From a virus: a stretch of 64,000 nt of DNA. A program made the position numbers and the translations under genes. The notes beneath the pieces were generated by a model. That model was not told the DNA's origin and did not search any database. It saw only the letters and a list, made by a program, of their open reading frames with translations. Shown piece after piece: positions 60,579 to 64,000 of the stretch; position 1 is the first letter of the stretch; the number at the start of each line of letters is the position of its first letter. The stretch covers positions 64,001 through 128,000 of IMG/VR virus record IMGVR_UViG_3300043122_000207; one strand, written 5' to 3'.

Positions 60579-61032
60579 CCTCTTCCCTCACTTTCTTTAA
60601 TTCCTCTTCCTGTTCCTTTATTTTTTTGTCATTTTTTTCTCTTATTTCTTCAACTCTCTCAGCTGTTTCTTCAGCTAATTCTTTTTCTTTATCTATAATT
60701 TTTCCCCGTTCTTTAACCTGTTTTCTTAATCGATCTATCTTATCTTGGTCCTCTTTTATTATGCCCGTTTTTTTAGCTGCCTCTTTTAATTCTTTTTGGT
60801 TTTCTTTTATAATAGTTTCTTTTTCTTCCTTTTTCTTTTTAGCTTCTTTTTTTAGTTCTTTAGTCTTTTCTTTCTTTTCCTCTACTTTCTTTTTTCTTTT
60901 CTCTCTCATTTTTTTACCATCACTATTTAATGACACACTAATTATGATGGACAAAACAATGGTTAACCCATAAAGAATATATTCTTTGTATTCAGAGAGT
61001 TTAGCAAGAAATAATTTAAATTTAGTTTTCAT
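60511..61032 (-). CDS. N-terminal TM coiled-coil protein (i-spanin-like candidate)
   Basis: YILYGLTIVLSIIISVSL TM followed by a K/E-rich coil. Confidence 0.5.
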   Translation of the reverse strand: MKTKFKLFLAKLSEYKEYILYGLTIVLSIIISVSLNSDGKKMREKRKKKVEEKKEKTKELKKEAKKKKEEKETIIKENQKELKEAAKKTGIIKEDQDKIDRLRKQVKERGKIIDKEKELAEETAERVEEIREKNDKKIKEQEEELKKVREEDVELTDEEVSDTFDSILNDDTN

Positions 61033-61045
61033 TTTTTCTCACCTC

Positions 61046-61354
61046 CTATTTTTTCTTATTTTTTAAATATTCGTGTGCTTCTTCTTTGAAATATTTAGCA
61101 CCCGTACCTACAACTATCAAAGAAGAAATCCATTTAAGAGAATTGAAAAATGAAGTATCTTCTATAAGTCCCTCTTTCAGGAAAAGAAATAAAAAAAATA
61201 CTATTGCAGTTAAAATAACATCATTTCTTATATCATCTTTTCCTAGTGTGGAAATTATAACTCTTTTGAGTATACTAACCCAGCTTGTGTTTTCATTATA
61301 GTTTTCTATAGGGTTTTCTTCAACCTTCTTTTTTTCTTCATCCATTATGTTCAC
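61046..61354 (-). CDS. holin-like two-TM protein
   Basis: Two TM segments with a basic C-terminus; first gene of the operon after the promoter at 61371-61384. Confidence 0.5.
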   Translation of the reverse strand: MNIMDEEKKKVEENPIENYNENTSWVSILKRVIISTLGKDDIRNDVILTAIVFFLFLFLKEGLIEDTSFFNSLKWISSLIVVGTGAKYFKEEAHEYLKNKKK

Positions 61355-61370
61355 CCTTTCCTTTTATACA

Positions 61371-61417
61371 CTATAGTGTTTGTTTCCTTTGACCCCCAAA
61401 TGAAACAATTATAATAG
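61371..61417. promoter_or_regulatory. divergent late-type promoters
   Basis: Minus AACA-AACACTA-TAG (61371-61384) and plus AACA-ATTATAA-TAG (61404-61417). Confidence 0.7.
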
Positions 61418-61429
61418 TTTTATAAAGGA

Positions 61430-62899
61430 GTGATGAATTTGAAAATAAAAAAAGATATCTTCGAGAGTGATTATGAATATAAGTCAACAGCACTCATAGA
61501 TTTAGCCTACATATACGGTGAAATAGTTTCTATATTTAAATATTCAGTATTAGATGATTTGGATGACATTTTAAACTTCAAATATGACAATATAAATACC
61601 CGAATAGCAATTAAAGAGAATTTAATCAAAACACCAAAAAGTTTATTGACTAATCCTAAACCTATATTGAATTTAAATGTTAGTATAGATACATCTTACG
61701 AGGGTGGTGTATTATCACCTCTTTTATACAATACAGATTTAAGCCACATAATGGATGTGAGAACATTTACAGATCCATTTATACTAACACACAACAGAGG
61801 AGACAATGCCAAAAATATAGCTGTATCTTTTTCTTTTAAAAGAATTAAGTTGACGGTTGAGGCCAATGTAATAGATGACTATAGATCTAAGTTGATAAAT
61901 GTGTATCACTATTGGAGAGCTAAAAGATACCCCGGAAGGTTATATAGGAAGACAGTGGTTATACCTTTCCCAATACCCAAAGATGTTTATTTAGAGTATT
62001 GTGATGCACACGATATAAATCCAGATAATATAGAAGAAGCTTACCACCATATCAAAAGACAATCCTTTTTCCCTGTTGAACTTAAAAAGAATCTCGGTAA
62101 CGGAAACCAAGAGATATTTTTAAAATATGAAACATTTTTAGATTATACTGGTATGGGTTCCAATCTAACAGATGGAATGAGAAAGGGTTCCATCACAACA
62201 GATTTCATGTTAACAAGACCTTTTGAAATAGAAATAAATGTTCCTTCTATGTGTTTTCTAAAATTGGATAGACCTAGAATGTTTGTGACCAATGATGCTG
62301 AAGCACCAGATGACGCTTTAGAAATTGGTGTTAGAGATTGGGTTAGATACGACTGGAAAGTTTATGAGGATGAGGATTATAAACAGATAATCAATGCAGA
62401 CTGGAAATTCGATAGAGCAGAGGAAACTATAGATTGCAAAAATCTATTATATGACAATTTCGATAACTTCTATGGATTTTTGACAAATAGAAAAGGTAAA
62501 AAGATTATTAAACCAGAAGAATATGATGTACCTTATGATATTGGTTTCAATGTAAATGAAAACACAGTAAGACTTTTGGTTGGTCAAGAGAGTGATGATT
62601 ATGAAATAAATTATAAAAACAATACAATCACCTTTTTATCTACAGGTAATCTCTTAGTGGACGGTGATAATGAATATACAGTTAGATTCGAATATGCGAT
62701 GAATGTTGAAAATTATATAAAGATCAAATATTTTAAAGATGAGGAAGAAAATATGGATAGGTCCTTTATTATAGATTCACAAAATTTATTGATAGAAGAA
62801 AAGAGTGCAGATTTCGGTGCAAACTATAATATAGGTATGTATGTTAAATTAGGTTTCTATAACGAATGGTTAGAGAATGTCAAATATAACGAAAAGTAA
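61430..62899 (+). CDS. putative virion structural (baseplate) protein
   Basis: Late-type promoter at 61404; AAGGAG RBS. Confidence 0.5.
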   Translation: MMNLKIKKDIFESDYEYKSTALIDLAYIYGEIVSIFKYSVLDDLDDILNFKYDNINTRIAIKENLIKTPKSLLTNPKPILNLNVSIDTSYEGGVLSPLLYNTDLSHIMDVRTFTDPFILTHNRGDNAKNIAVSFSFKRIKLTVEANVIDDYRSKLINVYHYWRAKRYPGRLYRKTVVIPFPIPKDVYLEYCDAHDINPDNIEEAYHHIKRQSFFPVELKKNLGNGNQEIFLKYETFLDYTGMGSNLTDGMRKGSITTDFMLTRPFEIEINVPSMCFLKLDRPRMFVTNDAEAPDDALEIGVRDWVRYDWKVYEDEDYKQIINADWKFDRAEETIDCKNLLYDNFDNFYGFLTNRKGKKIIKPEEYDVPYDIGFNVNENTVRLLVGQESDDYEINYKNNTITFLSTGNLLVDGDNEYTVRFEYAMNVENYIKIKYFKDEEENMDRSFIIDSQNLLIEEKSADFGANYNIGMYVKLGFYNEWLENVKYNEK

Positions 62900-63084
62900 T
62901 TTAAAACCCCAGGGCATTGCGCCCTGGGTAAAATAAATATTTAAAAGGAGTTGATACTTAGGTTATATTTTTTATTTAATTAGGAGATGATATAACCTAA
63001 ATATCGGTGGCAAGTACAGAACAGTTTTTCTGACTTGCAATTATCGTGAAAAAGCTTTACTTATTAAAGGAGAGTATTCATATT

Positions 63085-63183
63085 ATGCAAAAAACATTTA
63101 TATTAAAAAGATTGCAAGAATATACTAGGCAATACAAAGTCTCATTTGTATTTACAGGAGCTGAATCATTTTATATTTATTAA
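63085..63183 (+). CDS. 32-aa ORF MQKTFILKRLQEYTRQYKVSFVFTGAESFYIY
   Basis: AAAGGAG lies about 13 nt upstream (long spacing); preceded by two hairpins. Confidence 0.3.
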   Translation: MQKTFILKRLQEYTRQYKVSFVFTGAESFYIY

Positions 63184-63341
63184 CTGAATAAAGGAAGCTA
63201 TTATTTATATTAAAGGGTGCTCAGAGGCAGAAAAGATAAAACAAGAATTATTTGTCATAATATATTGTAAGAAAGTTATATTTTTGTATTGGTTGTACGC
63301 CCAGTATACAACCAAGAAATCGTTAGAATGTTATCATAAAC

Positions 63342-63992
63342 TTAAGTCACCCTTAGCAGCTTAAGTTTAGATAAAGACCGTTTACCTTGTATTACTGTTG
63401 TATATCCTGCAATCCTATATTTATTGTTAGACAATTTACCCTCTAACTTGAAATAAGTGTATGGTTTTACATCTAATGGTAAATTACCTAAATAAACATC
63501 CATGAGTTCGGTATCAAACTTAGTTTTTTTGTGGTGTTTAAATCTATTACTTTTCATTTCTAAAACATTTATCTCATCGTATGGTCTTGGTCCAACAGGA
63601 CCTGTAAGTTCAGGATCTATATTAGAGACTATTGATTCTACATTGCCAAAACGTTCCAATATAAGTTCGTTTTTAATATCGTTTTCCTCAAGAACATAAT
63701 AAGTCCAATCATCTCTCATATCTAAAGAGTTTTGCTTTGGTCCTTCATCTGCTGCTATAGTTTTTATCTTGATAGTTTTTTCATATTCATCTGTGCTTTT
63801 TAATTTTATACCATGATCGTTTTTCTTATTTAGGATATAAACAACACCGTCATCAATAAAGATATTGTAACTGGTATCATAAATACCCATTTCGTTATCC
63901 AAATATCTAACGAATTGGTAAAACCCCATTGGTGCTATCAAATCCTGTTTATAACTTGTCGTATTATCGGGTGGAGATATAATGAGTTTCAT
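63342..63992 (-). CDS. putative tail/baseplate structural protein
   Basis: DLIAPMGFYQFVRYLDNEMGIY and a hub-like C-terminal beta region. Confidence 0.45.
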   Translation of the reverse strand: MKLIISPPDNTTSYKQDLIAPMGFYQFVRYLDNEMGIYDTSYNIFIDDGVVYILNKKNDHGIKLKSTDEYEKTIKIKTIAADEGPKQNSLDMRDDWTYYVLEENDIKNELILERFGNVESIVSNIDPELTGPVGPRPYDEINVLEMKSNRFKHHKKTKFDTELMDVYLGNLPLDVKPYTYFKLEGKLSNNKYRIAGYTTVIQGKRSLSKLKLLRVT

Positions 63993-64000
63993 ATCACCAT

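Noticed and set aside
1-64000. tRNA genes and CRISPR arrays
   Set aside because: No cloverleaf with a TTCGA T-loop and no regularly spaced direct repeats were found by eye; the recurrent palindromes are single terminators

Overview
This AT-rich window is part of a jumbo myophage genome of the phiKZ / Bacillus AR9(PBS1) type. The probable host is a Bacillota (Firmicute), inferred from strong AGGAG(G) Shine-Dalgarno sites, an amidase_3 lysin, a BhlA-like holin and a YneA-like LysM protein. The window encodes several split multisubunit RNA polymerase subunits, a family-B DNA polymerase subunit, portal, tail sheath and tube, baseplate proteins, a 2358-aa tape-measure-like protein with two C39 protease domains, a GroEL-like chaperonin, PhoH, an SF2 helicase, an RNase H/5'-3' exonuclease, ChaB and dTTP-pathway enzymes (dcd, thyX, tmk). 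The DNA polymerase gene is interrupted by two group I introns; I placed the splice junctions by hand, and they restore polymerase motifs B and C. The most unusual feature is that the first intron carries its HNH endonuclease gene on the opposite strand in loop L8. That gene has its own phage late-type promoter and RBS, written into the antisense of the ribozyme 3' end, and a TAG sits at the conserved NLEW tryptophan. Three regulatory motif families recur: a late-type promoter AACA-N6-7-TAG (AR9-like), an early-type TTATATATTAT, and terminators with a shared GGG-GTAAAA-CCC core. There is also a cluster of uncharacterised paralogues, two separate lysis-like modules, and short unannotated units. 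Family assignments come from motif recognition only; no searches were run. I saw no tRNA or CRISPR array.
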